Part shown: positions 1 through 9,549 of the stretch, in pieces
How positions within the stretch are numbered: position 1 is the first letter of the stretch
Layout of the letters: every line of letters starts with the position of its first letter
IMG/VR virus record: IMGVR_UViG_3300020463_001735
Span: 16,187-80,186 of that record
Direction: 5' to 3' (one strand)
From: a virus
Length of the DNA: 64,000 bases
Made by a program: the position numbers and the translations under genes
Notes under the pieces: generated by a model
Seen by the model: the letters and a program-made list of their open reading frames with translations, nothing else
Told to the model about the DNA's origin: nothing
The model's database searches: none

Positions 1-2
1 AT

Positions 3-167
3 ACAAAAGAAACATTCGATCCTGCGCCAAGGATTATACAAGAGTGTAAATACTATGATAAAGAAATAATTTACTTTAGAGATAAGAATATTGTAGATGG
101 TGGGAGTGTATATTGGAATAGAGATATTATTGAGCCTGATATTTCTCCAATTGTAGAAGCGTTATGA
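3..167 (+). CDS. 3' end of a hypothetical protein (partial)
   Basis: Open frame TKETFDPAPRIIQECKYY...IVEAL*; its TGA overlaps the ATG of the next gene (ATGA). Confidence 0.65.
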   Translation, partial: TKETFDPAPRIIQECKYYDKEIIYFRDKNIVDGGSVYWNRDIIEPDISPIVEAL

Positions 168-670
168 AAAAATATCTTAATGAAAGATCTATGTGCTTAC
201 ATAGCCAAAGCGGGTTTACTCCTAAAGAGTGGTTTACTTTGTATACAAAATTTCAGAATATTGAACCAAGACTAGTTCAGATATACAATTTTAATAAAAA
301 GGAACTTTCTTTTGAGATGGAAGATATTGAAGGTTTCGTGTTGTCTGATACTGACGAAGTTAAGAAACTAGAAAGATGGAAACGTAGAAAGATACAATCT
401 GAAGTGATAAGCATATGGGGAACCATACAAACTTTTAGTGTAGATGATAAACATGGTACTGGTACAGCAACATTTATACATAAAGATTATTGTACGAATA
501 ATTTAATGTATGATACAAACAAAAAACAAGTAAGATTGATCGACCCTGATGCTTTTCACAAAGAATCGCCAGGAGAATTTCCCCCTATTTGGCACGGACT
601 ATTTATAGACACCCTGTATAATACTAGCCAATGGGAAAAATACGATCATAGACTATGGGACCAACCATGA
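164..670 (+). CDS. Protein kinase-like fold phosphotransferase (APH/Kdo-kinase type)
   Basis: HKDYCTNN catalytic loop (HxDxxxxN) and LIDPD metal-binding motif. Confidence 0.65.
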   Translation: MKKYLNERSMCLHSQSGFTPKEWFTLYTKFQNIEPRLVQIYNFNKKELSFEMEDIEGFVLSDTDEVKKLERWKRRKIQSEVISIWGTIQTFSVDDKHGTGTATFIHKDYCTNNLMYDTNKKQVRLIDPDAFHKESPGEFPPIWHGLFIDTLYNTSQWEKYDHRLWDQP

Positions 671-1017
671 AGATACAACCTAGATGTTTAGCATTTAATA
701 CTAGAGACAATAAAGGAGCCGCATATACTTCAGACGGCTTTATGTTACCATGTTGTTGGATGGATGACCCTCCTGTATATAGATATGTAAAAGCATGTGG
801 ATTGAAAGACGAAGAATTACTTCTGTCAAACAACAAAAATTTAGATGATATATTCACATCAGATCAGTGGGAAAATTTTTTTCAAACACTTTTGAATGAT
901 CCAGAAAATGCTTCATATATGTGTAAAAAGAAATGTGGCATAGATATTGATAAAGATAAAGTTAGAGAAGAAGAACGTAGAGAAGTAAAGGCACAGGCAA
1001 ATGGCGCGGATTACTGA
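667..1017 (+). CDS. Stand-alone SPASM/twitch-like Fe-S domain protein
   Basis: PRC...GFMLPCCW...CKKKCG cysteine pattern; ATG at 667 overlaps the upstream stop, so preferred over 655. Confidence 0.6.
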   Translation: MKIQPRCLAFNTRDNKGAAYTSDGFMLPCCWMDDPPVYRYVKACGLKDEELLLSNNKNLDDIFTSDQWENFFQTLLNDPENASYMCKKKCGIDIDKDKVREEERREVKAQANGADY

Positions 1018-1756
1018 CGAATACGTAATAATGCAAAAACGTTGTAGGCCTAATATAGATGCATCGCATCGTTGTATATTTAGATGTCCACAATGTATTA
1101 GGCAAAAAACATCTAGTCAAGAACAGATACGCAGAAGTTTTGATCTTGAAGAGGATCAATTTAAAAAAATATTAGACTACTATGATTTTGGTATAACATT
1201 TTGTGGACAAATATCAGATCCAATCTATCATCCTAAGTTTTTAGACCTGCTTAAAATGTGTGACGGTCAAGGCAAGGCAGTACGTGTTGCAACAGTAGGT
1301 AGCGGAAAAAAAGATGCTTGGTGGGATGAAGCATATAGTTATGGCGTTGGAGAAAACGCTTGGTACTTTGGCGTAGACGGCATAGACGAAAAAAGCGAAC
1401 TATACAGGGTAGGTTCTAAGTTTCAAGATGTATGGAACAGAATGAAGCAAGGAAGAGATTTAGGTCATACCATTGTTTGGCAATATATTATTTTTGGATA
1501 CAACGAACATGAAGTAGATGACGCAATAGAAATAGCAAAACAAGAAAACTTCAGTTTATTGTTAATTAATACTAATAGAGGTTTTAATCCTGACAGTCCT
1601 TTGCTAAGAAAAAACGTAGATTTTAAATTGACTTCTCCAGATAAAAAACATTTACAAGAAAGAGTCAAAAAAGAATATTGGGGACACAAAACACAAAGTT
1701 TGGAAACTTGGCATAAGTTGCCAAGAAAACGTGCTGAAAGAATGGGTATTACATGA
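1001..1756 (+). CDS. Radical SAM protein
   Basis: CIFRCPQC (CxxxCxxC), FCGQISDP (GGEP-equivalent), FGVDG. Confidence 0.85.
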   Translation: MARITDEYVIMQKRCRPNIDASHRCIFRCPQCIRQKTSSQEQIRRSFDLEEDQFKKILDYYDFGITFCGQISDPIYHPKFLDLLKMCDGQGKAVRVATVGSGKKDAWWDEAYSYGVGENAWYFGVDGIDEKSELYRVGSKFQDVWNRMKQGRDLGHTIVWQYIIFGYNEHEVDDAIEIAKQENFSLLLINTNRGFNPDSPLLRKNVDFKLTSPDKKHLQERVKKEYWGHKTQSLETWHKLPRKRAERMGIT

Positions 1757-2505
1757 ACCAAGATTTAATTGGAAGTGAACATAGAGATACTATTGTAAAA
1801 TGGGACGGTGGAAATGATACACTTAAATTATTTATACGGAACCAAAAAGAACTAGGTGGTCAGTGGTATTACAACAACAAAAAAATTACCTACAAATACA
1901 ACACAAATGGGTTTAGAGCACAAGAATTTAATAATATAGATTGGGCTAACAGTGTTTTAGTTTTAGGTTGTTCTAATGTTTTAGGAGTCGCAAATCGTAT
2001 AGAAGATAGTGTTCCTAGTGTTTTACAAGACATATTAGGAATCCCATGTATAAACTTAGGTATAAGTGGGTCAGCAGTAGATCATGCCTGTTGGAACAGT
2101 CTAATACTGCATGAGAACTATCCGCACCCAAAAGCAATAGTTCAAGTTTGGTCTAGTACACGTAGATATACAGATTTTTTAGATGTAGGGATGGTTAAAG
2201 CTGACTATCCTATTTTTGGTGTTCCAATGTGTCCAAGCAATGTACAACCTTGGAAGTCACATTACTGCGTAAAACATTCGTGGGAATTGCGTTCTAAATT
2301 TTATGTGGCCGCAGATAGAGCTTTATGGAAAGACAAAACTATTTACTTTGAGGCAACCTTTTTTGAACACAGTGCAAAGCAATTAGAAATCCCTTGGGTA
2401 AATGAATGCGATAAGGGCAGAGATTTTGATCACCCTGGATACGGTTCTTGCAAAGCGATGGCAGAATTAATTGGTAAAAATTTAAAAGAAAGAGGTATAA
2501 AATGA
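1753..2505 (+). CDS. SGNH/GDSL-like hydrolase or acyltransferase
   Basis: LGCSN block I, NLGISGS block II, DFDHPG (DxxH). Confidence 0.65.
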   Translation: MNQDLIGSEHRDTIVKWDGGNDTLKLFIRNQKELGGQWYYNNKKITYKYNTNGFRAQEFNNIDWANSVLVLGCSNVLGVANRIEDSVPSVLQDILGIPCINLGISGSAVDHACWNSLILHENYPHPKAIVQVWSSTRRYTDFLDVGMVKADYPIFGVPMCPSNVQPWKSHYCVKHSWELRSKFYVAADRALWKDKTIYFEATFFEHSAKQLEIPWVNECDKGRDFDHPGYGSCKAMAELIGKNLKERGIK

Positions 2506-2816
2506 TTTTTTGGTTAGGATATACAATAATGTTTTTTAATGAGGGCTTTGTAATAATGCGTCATATAAGTCCTTGGTTTGCAAATAAACGTAAAAAACTA
2601 CACGAAAAATTTGGCAGAGAAAAAGTAAAACGTATACATGGATTTACTGATTGGACTTGGATAATACTAATTGCGATAGGCACATACTTAGAATATGAAA
2701 ACTGGAAACTATATGCAAGTGTTGTTCTCGGCTTTTGGTTGATCGTTGCAGTTGGAGTATATCTACCTATGTTAATAAGAAAATTAATGAAGAAAGAAAC
2801 AGGATACGTAAAATGA
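2502..2816 (+). CDS. Small membrane protein
   Basis: Two to three hydrophobic segments; coupled by ATGA overlaps on both sides. Confidence 0.6.
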   Translation: MIFWLGYTIMFFNEGFVIMRHISPWFANKRKKLHEKFGREKVKRIHGFTDWTWIILIAIGTYLEYENWKLYASVVLGFWLIVAVGVYLPMLIRKLMKKETGYVK

Positions 2817-3886
2817 TATCATATGATGGTTGGGATAGAGAATATAAACAACATAAGTCTGCATACTTAGATATTTTTGATTCATTTATGTCTCAAGCAA
2901 ACTACGAGAATAATGAGGAATTTGAAGAATATTTTGCAAACTTTATAGGCAGAAAACATGTTGTCAGTGTAGCAAGTGCAACAGATGCTTTGCATTTTAC
3001 ACTTCAAGCATACGGAATTTCTGCTAATAATGAAGTTCTTGTTACAGATTTTAGTTGGATAAGCAGTAGTGCTTGTGTCAACATGGTAGGTGCAATACCT
3101 ATATTTTGTGATATTGACATTAACACATATCATATAGATATAGAAAGTGTTAGACGTATGATCACACCAAATACAAAAGCAATAGTGTATCCACACTTGT
3201 TTGGTAGCATGTCAGACACATCTGAATTAGAAAAATTTTGTAAAGAGAAAAAAATAATTTTCATTGAAGATTCAGCACAAAGTTTAGGAAGCAGTCTTAA
3301 TGGACAAAAAGCAGGCACTATCGGAGATACTAGTGTTTTTAGTTTTAACAGTAACAAAGTCATTGCCGGTGTAAATGGTGGTGGTGTTGTAATGACAGAC
3401 GATGAAGAACTTGCCAAGCGTATAAAAATGATTAGGCGACATGGAAAAAATAAAGATTTTAGTATGCTAGGGTATAATAGTCGTATGTATGTACTTAATG
3501 CAATGATTATAAAACAAAGACTAAAATTTTACAAAGAAAATCAACTGGTGAGACAAAATATAGCAAATATCTACAACGAAGCTTTTGCAGATTTGCCATT
3601 GAAAATACAAGAAAATGGCAACGGACTTAATCATAATTATCACAAATATGTAATAAGGACAGAAAATAAAGATACTAGAAAAATGTTAAAGAACGCTTTA
3701 AAAGCAAGTATTCATTATGAAACACCTTTGTCTAAAAATAGTATGTACAATACTATGAATATGCGAAAAGATGATTGTGTAAGTTCCAAGATTGCTTCTG
3801 AAACAGTTCTGTCACTTCCTGTACATGCATGGCTAGAAGAACACGAAGTTAATTATGTAATAGACACTGTAAAAAATGCTTTATAA
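2813..3886 (+). CDS. DegT/DnrJ/EryC1/StrS PLP-dependent sugar aminotransferase
   Basis: SATDAL, IEDSAQSLG, FSFNSNK (PLP lysine), GYNSRM, LSLPVH; start at 2813 overlaps the upstream stop. Confidence 0.92.
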   Translation: MISYDGWDREYKQHKSAYLDIFDSFMSQANYENNEEFEEYFANFIGRKHVVSVASATDALHFTLQAYGISANNEVLVTDFSWISSSACVNMVGAIPIFCDIDINTYHIDIESVRRMITPNTKAIVYPHLFGSMSDTSELEKFCKEKKIIFIEDSAQSLGSSLNGQKAGTIGDTSVFSFNSNKVIAGVNGGGVVMTDDEELAKRIKMIRRHGKNKDFSMLGYNSRMYVLNAMIIKQRLKFYKENQLVRQNIANIYNEAFADLPLKIQENGNGLNHNYHKYVIRTENKDTRKMLKNALKASIHYETPLSKNSMYNTMNMRKDDCVSSKIASETVLSLPVHAWLEEHEVNYVIDTVKNAL

Positions 3887-4529
3887 AAATAAATTCGGCG
3901 AAGTAAAAATACTTGAGCCTATCGAATTGTATGATGGAAAATCTATCGGCATATCTATGTCAGGTGGGGCAGACAGCACAATGTTGTGTTACTTATTAGC
4001 AAATACAATTACCTATCAAAAACTTAATATAGAAATACAACCTTACAATGGATATGATATTTCTGTACCTACTGATTCGGCTGGTCTTCCTATTATAATA
4101 AAATATATTCAAAAAAAGTTTCCTGATGTAAAATTACATTGGCCTATTGCTTGTGTATTTGACACTAATGGAGATGATATAAAAAATACATATATAAGAC
4201 CTTTAATAGAAAGACTATACGATAAAGGTGTAGTAGATGAAGTAATACAGGCAGTATGTCTTGGACCTCCTAAAGATGTACAAGAAAGTTTTATTGGAAA
4301 TGATTATTTTAGAAGACCCGGGTATCAATTATGGGAAGAAGTAGCCCAAGCTAAGAATCATGCCCCGTTTGTAAACGTAGATAAAAGATTTATTATGCAG
4401 TGTTATAAAAGTTTTGATATTGAGGAATTAAGAGAACTAACAAATAGTTGCACAGTACCGATTGGAAATTGCGGAGAGTGTTGGTGGTGTCAGGAACGAA
4501 CTTGGGCTATAAACGAGGTAAATAAATAA
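3876..4529 (+). CDS. QueC-like PP-loop ATPase with C-terminal Zn site
   Basis: SMSGGADS PP-loop; SC...CGECWWC. Confidence 0.75.
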   Translation: MLYKNKFGEVKILEPIELYDGKSIGISMSGGADSTMLCYLLANTITYQKLNIEIQPYNGYDISVPTDSAGLPIIIKYIQKKFPDVKLHWPIACVFDTNGDDIKNTYIRPLIERLYDKGVVDEVIQAVCLGPPKDVQESFIGNDYFRRPGYQLWEEVAQAKNHAPFVNVDKRFIMQCYKSFDIEELRELTNSCTVPIGNCGECWWCQERTWAINEVNK

Positions 4530-4536
4530 TTTCATA

Positions 4537-5889
4537 ATGTCAGATCAAATTGCCAAACACATTACAAAAGGTGGTCCAGGAGATAGATATCTTGGAGGCG
4601 GAAAAGTAGACACAAGTTCATGGTTTAATGAATTTCCTTTACTAGAAGATCAAATTAGAAATCAAGATATCTGGTTTTGTAGTGCTCCTTTTCAGTTGCT
4701 TTACACAAGCACAAGAGGAGAACTATTGCCCTGCTCTTGGGCTAAAGAAGGTCTTGGACCTAATATTAAGAATGTTAAATTAGCAGACTATTTTGTTCAT
4801 GATAAAGCACTGAATAAAATGCGTAAAGAAATGACCACTCCAGGAAGCAATTTAGAAACTTGTAAAATAATGTGTAAAAATTGTTTATATCAAGAAGAAA
4901 AATATGGTAGATCGAGAAGACAAGCAAGTTTAAAAATACAAACCAACGATGTAGGTATTTGGCCCGGTATTAGTAGAGCTGTGCAAACTTTTAAAGATAC
5001 AGGAAAAGGTAGAATTACTGAACAAATATTTGAAGTACAGGTGAAAGCATTTGGCAATCAATGTAACCTTGACTGCTATATGTGTATCCCGTATGATTCA
5101 AGCACAAGATTAAAGACCATACATTCAACTGAACTTGAAGAGGAAAATATCTTTTCACAATATGCAAAAACACCAATTGAATCATTTAGAGATGAAAGAT
5201 TAGAAAATGTTATAGATCAAATTGTTGATGTAGCTCCGTATATAAAAAACTTAAAGTTCATCGGTGGCGAACCTTTGGTAATGAAACAGTTTTATGATCT
5301 CTTAGAGAAAATTGTAGCCACAGGGTATGCTAAAAACATGCTTGTCAAATATCAAACAAACATGACCGTACTTCAATTAGAAAAAATAAAACTTACAAAA
5401 TTTATTCCAGAATTTGAACTTTTTGAATTTACAGTATCTGTAGATGGTGTAGGCAAATGGAACGACTACATTAGGCGTAGATCATCATGGGACAACATAA
5501 CAGGAAACATAGATACTGTACTAAAATATCCTAATGTAAAAGTAAATATTAACGGAACTATAAGTTTCTTAAGTGTGTTAAAGTTTTATAAACTAATAGA
5601 ATGGTTTGAACAAAATGATCATAGACTAGAACAAGTAAATTGGTCAAACATAAGAGGACCAGCTAAATTGTGTGCAAATGTGTTACCTGAAAAAATTAAA
5701 CAAAAATTAATTCCAATGTATACAAATTTTCCTGATATTGTTAATGTATTGAAACAAGATAACGGTGGATTAGATTTTCAAGACACGCTTAAATACTTGC
5801 TAATGATTGATAATCATTACAGAGGAACAAAATGGGGGATGGAACTGTTTGACGTGTTTCCAGAACTAGAGGAGTTTTACAATGAGTAA
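4537..5889 (+). CDS. Radical SAM protein with N-terminal twitch/SPASM domain
   Basis: FCSAPF...PC...CKNC N-terminal domain; CNLDCYMC; GGEP; SVDG. Confidence 0.9.
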   Translation: MSDQIAKHITKGGPGDRYLGGGKVDTSSWFNEFPLLEDQIRNQDIWFCSAPFQLLYTSTRGELLPCSWAKEGLGPNIKNVKLADYFVHDKALNKMRKEMTTPGSNLETCKIMCKNCLYQEEKYGRSRRQASLKIQTNDVGIWPGISRAVQTFKDTGKGRITEQIFEVQVKAFGNQCNLDCYMCIPYDSSTRLKTIHSTELEEENIFSQYAKTPIESFRDERLENVIDQIVDVAPYIKNLKFIGGEPLVMKQFYDLLEKIVATGYAKNMLVKYQTNMTVLQLEKIKLTKFIPEFELFEFTVSVDGVGKWNDYIRRRSSWDNITGNIDTVLKYPNVKVNINGTISFLSVLKFYKLIEWFEQNDHRLEQVNWSNIRGPAKLCANVLPEKIKQKLIPMYTNFPDIVNVLKQDNGGLDFQDTLKYLLMIDNHYRGTKWGMELFDVFPELEEFYNE

Positions 5890-6580
5890 AATGGAGAAAA
5901 AACTTTTAAAGCTATTAGATAGTAGAAAGCATGTGTGGGAGTTTGATACTGAAAATATTCCAGAACAAAGCCTAGTGAAGGAATGCTTAACCAATGCATG
6001 GAAAGTTACACCGTCAAAAAATAATTTTATGCCTTATCATGTAAATGTAATAGGACCAAAGGATCAAGTTTTAAAAGATAAAATACATGCTTTGTCGAGA
6101 CTTAATAAGAAAAGAACTAACGAAAGAGCAAATGTGAATAACATAGAAAATTTTGAAGAAGACGGTTCTAACCCTAATTTTTCATTCTACAATACAGCTC
6201 CTTATGTTTTAGTTTTTAGTCAAAGAGTAGCAGAGCCAAATCCATACATTGCTAATGCTATAATTGAACAAAATGATATCTATGAACAGATGCACGAACA
6301 TCTGTTCGATGACATTCTAAGCACTACCTGTATAGAAATTGGTATGTTTATGCAGAATGCTACTGCATTCTTGTTGGAAAAAGGAATAGATACTACCTAC
6401 ATAAAATGTTATCCCTATGAATATTCGCTTTGGAAGCCTGATTTTCCTTTATTAGCAGGGCCTGTTATGCTTATTGCAGGATTAGGATATAGCAAACTTT
6501 CTAGAAGAGATGCGATGACCAACGAACAAAAAAAGCAAGATTATAAACCAGAACCTGAAGAAATTGTGAGGTGGTTTTGA
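5882..6580 (+). CDS. Nitroreductase-family flavoprotein
   Basis: SRKHVWEF...AWKVTPSKNNFMPY nitroreductase N-terminal motifs; C-terminal GLGY. Confidence 0.75.
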   Translation: MSKMEKKLLKLLDSRKHVWEFDTENIPEQSLVKECLTNAWKVTPSKNNFMPYHVNVIGPKDQVLKDKIHALSRLNKKRTNERANVNNIENFEEDGSNPNFSFYNTAPYVLVFSQRVAEPNPYIANAIIEQNDIYEQMHEHLFDDILSTTCIEIGMFMQNATAFLLEKGIDTTYIKCYPYEYSLWKPDFPLLAGPVMLIAGLGYSKLSRRDAMTNEQKKQDYKPEPEEIVRWF

Positions 6581-7146
6581 AAAATCTAAGACACTTGATA
6601 TTGTTAATAGATTTCACGGGACATCCGCCTTTGGGGGATGAACATACAAACAATTTAAGATACAGTGCATTAAACACACTAGCATTTGGACTACCAGAAG
6701 ATTTGACAGAAGACTATGTGATTATATCTGATCATTTCGATCACCGTGCATCTCATGAAAAAATTTCTGAAGTCAAAAAAATGGTTACAATAGAAAAAAG
6801 ACATACTTGGATAAACATTAATCCAGATGAACCTATTACTCCGCCAGAAATTGTAGATATGTTAAAAGAAAAATCAATTTATATTAACAATGTGATTATT
6901 GGGGGAACAAACACAGCAGGATGTGTGCTACGCAGTAGGCCTTACTCGGCCATACACTGGGCAAAATGTGGATATGATGTAAAAATATTTCTGCAGATGT
7001 GTGCAGAATATCAAATGCCAGGACACAATCAAGCTGAAAGAAATATGTATGCGTTTACAGAAATGTGGAATGAAATTAAAACACAAGGATTAACACACAA
7101 AATAGATCCGGTGACTAACATAAAAGAATTATTTAAGGAGAAATAA
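6571..7146 (+). CDS. Isochorismatase-like cysteine hydrolase
   Basis: LLID near the N-terminus; IIGGTNTAGCV (nucleophile Cys). Confidence 0.65.
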   Translation: MVLKNLRHLILLIDFTGHPPLGDEHTNNLRYSALNTLAFGLPEDLTEDYVIISDHFDHRASHEKISEVKKMVTIEKRHTWININPDEPITPPEIVDMLKEKSIYINNVIIGGTNTAGCVLRSRPYSAIHWAKCGYDVKIFLQMCAEYQMPGHNQAERNMYAFTEMWNEIKTQGLTHKIDPVTNIKELFKEK

Positions 7147-7986
7147 ATGAAGATCACACACGGTAATCAAACTATAGACCTTTTTCCAGGAGAACTACCT
7201 AAAGTTTGTCCTATATCTTTGTCAGGAGGACTTGATAGTGCTAGTTTAATGTTTTTAGTTTCTAAACATTTTCCGCAAGTACAAATTATTCCTTACACAG
7301 TTAGAGACTTAAATGCACCTTTAGACGCAGATGCGGCGGCTGATATTATAAAATGGTTTCAAAAAGAATTTCCAAACAACAATATACCTGATATTGAAAT
7401 TTATGAATTTAACGATCGCACAGAGGACTTTGTTACCTGGGCCGAATGTGACGAAGCAATGGAAAAACATCCGCAACTTGCAGGTATGCGTAGGATACAA
7501 GTATCAAAAATAATACAACTTGATCGAATATCTTGGAATTTAATGAAACGTTTTCCAGGCGGAATCAGACTAGATGGTATGACACGTAATCCGCCAACTG
7601 AAGATATGGTTATAGGCGGATTTTATGATATTGCTGAACGTCGTAGAGATAAAGAGTTAGATGAAGTTGAAACTTATAGGCCAAACGAAAACAATCCTCC
7701 ATTAGGTATATACCAGGCATATGCAAATGTAGATAAAAAATTTGTAGCAGGCGTGTATTTTGATTATGGGTTAATGGACAGTTTGTTTCCTATGACTAGA
7801 TCATGTGTTGGTACTAGAACACAAACTGAAAACTTTACTCAAGAGTGTAGTAAATGTTTTTGGTGTCATGAAAAGGCATGGGCATTTGGATGGGATGTAA
7901 AGAATTTGCCTATTATTTGGAATCCTGATACACCTACCTATCTAACAAAAGGTGGTCCAGGTGATAAAAAATTAGAGTATGCATGA
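7147..7986 (+). CDS. QueC-like PP-loop ATPase (second paralog)
   Basis: SLSGGLDS; NVDKKFV; RSC...CSKCFWC. Confidence 0.75.
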   Translation: MKITHGNQTIDLFPGELPKVCPISLSGGLDSASLMFLVSKHFPQVQIIPYTVRDLNAPLDADAAADIIKWFQKEFPNNNIPDIEIYEFNDRTEDFVTWAECDEAMEKHPQLAGMRRIQVSKIIQLDRISWNLMKRFPGGIRLDGMTRNPPTEDMVIGGFYDIAERRRDKELDEVETYRPNENNPPLGIYQAYANVDKKFVAGVYFDYGLMDSLFPMTRSCVGTRTQTENFTQECSKCFWCHEKAWAFGWDVKNLPIIWNPDTPTYLTKGGPGDKKLEYA

Positions 7987-8698
7987 TAAAATTAAAGAAG
8001 CCGTAAGAGTTACGCAAAGAGCACAGCGTAACTATGACCTAACAAAAAGTATTCCAGCACAAGATCTTGATACTATAATTTTTGCCGCGGCTAATAGTCC
8101 TAGTAAGCAAAACGAAACCCACTATAGATTGCATGTGTATACAGATCCATCAATGATAAAAAAAATACATGAATGTACAAAAAAATTTACACTAGGTATA
8201 CATCAAGCTCTTGAAGAAGGAAAAGGCGAAAACTGGTTATATGAAAATAGATCAGTAACAAATTCACAAATTTATGCAAATGCACTTTTTATCTACGAAG
8301 AAATAAAAGGTAAACCAAGGGGTGCTACCCATTTAAGAGCTGAAAGTGGTGATGACAAAAGCCGGGAATACTATGCAGAACAGAGATATTACAGTATTGG
8401 AACAAGTATAGGTAACCTTACATTGACAGCAGGTTTGTTAGGATACAAAACAGGAATATGTTCTGCTATGGATGATGATACAATAAGAGACTTGACAAAC
8501 ATACAAAATGATGTTAAAGTACTAGTAGGAGTTGGATATGCTAATGAAGGTGTTGATAGAAGATTACATCCAGAAGTATTAAATAAGCATGTACCACAAG
8601 ACAGCAGAACTGGAGGACTAAAAGAAAACTGGCGTTTTCCTAGTTTTGATAGACAATTAGAAGTGGTACTTAACAATGAGGAATACCAAGGTATATGA
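7979..8698 (+). CDS. Nitroreductase-family flavoprotein (second paralog)
   Basis: QRAQRNYD...AANSPSKQN; LGYKTGIC; GVGY. Confidence 0.75.
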   Translation: MHDKIKEAVRVTQRAQRNYDLTKSIPAQDLDTIIFAAANSPSKQNETHYRLHVYTDPSMIKKIHECTKKFTLGIHQALEEGKGENWLYENRSVTNSQIYANALFIYEEIKGKPRGATHLRAESGDDKSREYYAEQRYYSIGTSIGNLTLTAGLLGYKTGICSAMDDDTIRDLTNIQNDVKVLVGVGYANEGVDRRLHPEVLNKHVPQDSRTGGLKENWRFPSFDRQLEVVLNNEEYQGI

Positions 8699-9549
8699 CG
8701 CCTACACTAAAAGAACTTAAAGGATCACCATATCGCACAGTAGATTTCTATCTTTCTAAGTCATGCAACAAAAGTTGCCACTATTGTACTGCATGGACTT
8801 TACAGATGCGTAATTTAAATGTGGATATGGATTTAGTGCGTACAATATTAAAAGGACTAGCACCTTACAAAACAAGAATATGTTTACTAGGTGGAGAGCC
8901 TGGCCTTGCAAAAAATTTAGATGAAGTAATTGCAGAAATAAAAAAACATGAAAACTTGATTCCGCAAGTATTAAGCAACAGTTTAGTAAGAAAATTTTAT
9001 CCTCACATACTAGAGGATAGAGATATAATATATATTGAACATTTGGTTTTAGATTTTTATCAGGATAAAATAGAAAAATTAGGCAATTATCCTTTTTTGC
9101 CAAAAAATGATTTAAACAATTATAATCTTATAATTGAAACTCCTGGATATTTTAAATACAGGGATAATTTTGATCTAACAGAAATAGATCATGAAAATAC
9201 AGAATTTAAAGAATACAATTCAAGATCACCAGATTTTTTTACAGATCATGAACTTGTACAAGCTCCAGAATTAGAAAGACGTGTGTGTGCAAAGTTTCCT
9301 CAAGTACCTGTATTTGATTTTGAAATACGTAAGATTAGACATTGTAGTAGAAAAGCAATCAACGGTAGCAGTGAATTTGACATCACAGTAGAAAATATTA
9401 CAAAGATGATGAACTATGAATTATTTAATTTTGAGAAATATTGTACAACATGTATGGATATTATTCCTAAACGTCCTAAAATGCGTAGAGACGAGATTAC
9501 AGCACTTATTTCTAACGAAGTTAACTTACTAGATTTAATGGATGCATAA
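8695..9549 (+). CDS. Radical SAM protein with C-terminal Cys cluster
   Basis: CNKSCHYC, GGEP, C...C...CTTC. Confidence 0.85.
   Translation: MTPTLKELKGSPYRTVDFYLSKSCNKSCHYCTAWTLQMRNLNVDMDLVRTILKGLAPYKTRICLLGGEPGLAKNLDEVIAEIKKHENLIPQVLSNSLVRKFYPHILEDRDIIYIEHLVLDFYQDKIEKLGNYPFLPKNDLNNYNLIIETPGYFKYRDNFDLTEIDHENTEFKEYNSRSPDFFTDHELVQAPELERRVCAKFPQVPVFDFEIRKIRHCSRKAINGSSEFDITVENITKMMNYELFNFEKYCTTCMDIIPKRPKMRRDEITALISNEVNLLDLMDA

Noticed and set aside
3876-7986. Calling the PP-loop proteins queC (7-deazaguanine pathway)
   Set aside because: Only the PP-loop and Zn motifs match, and no partner genes are visible in the window
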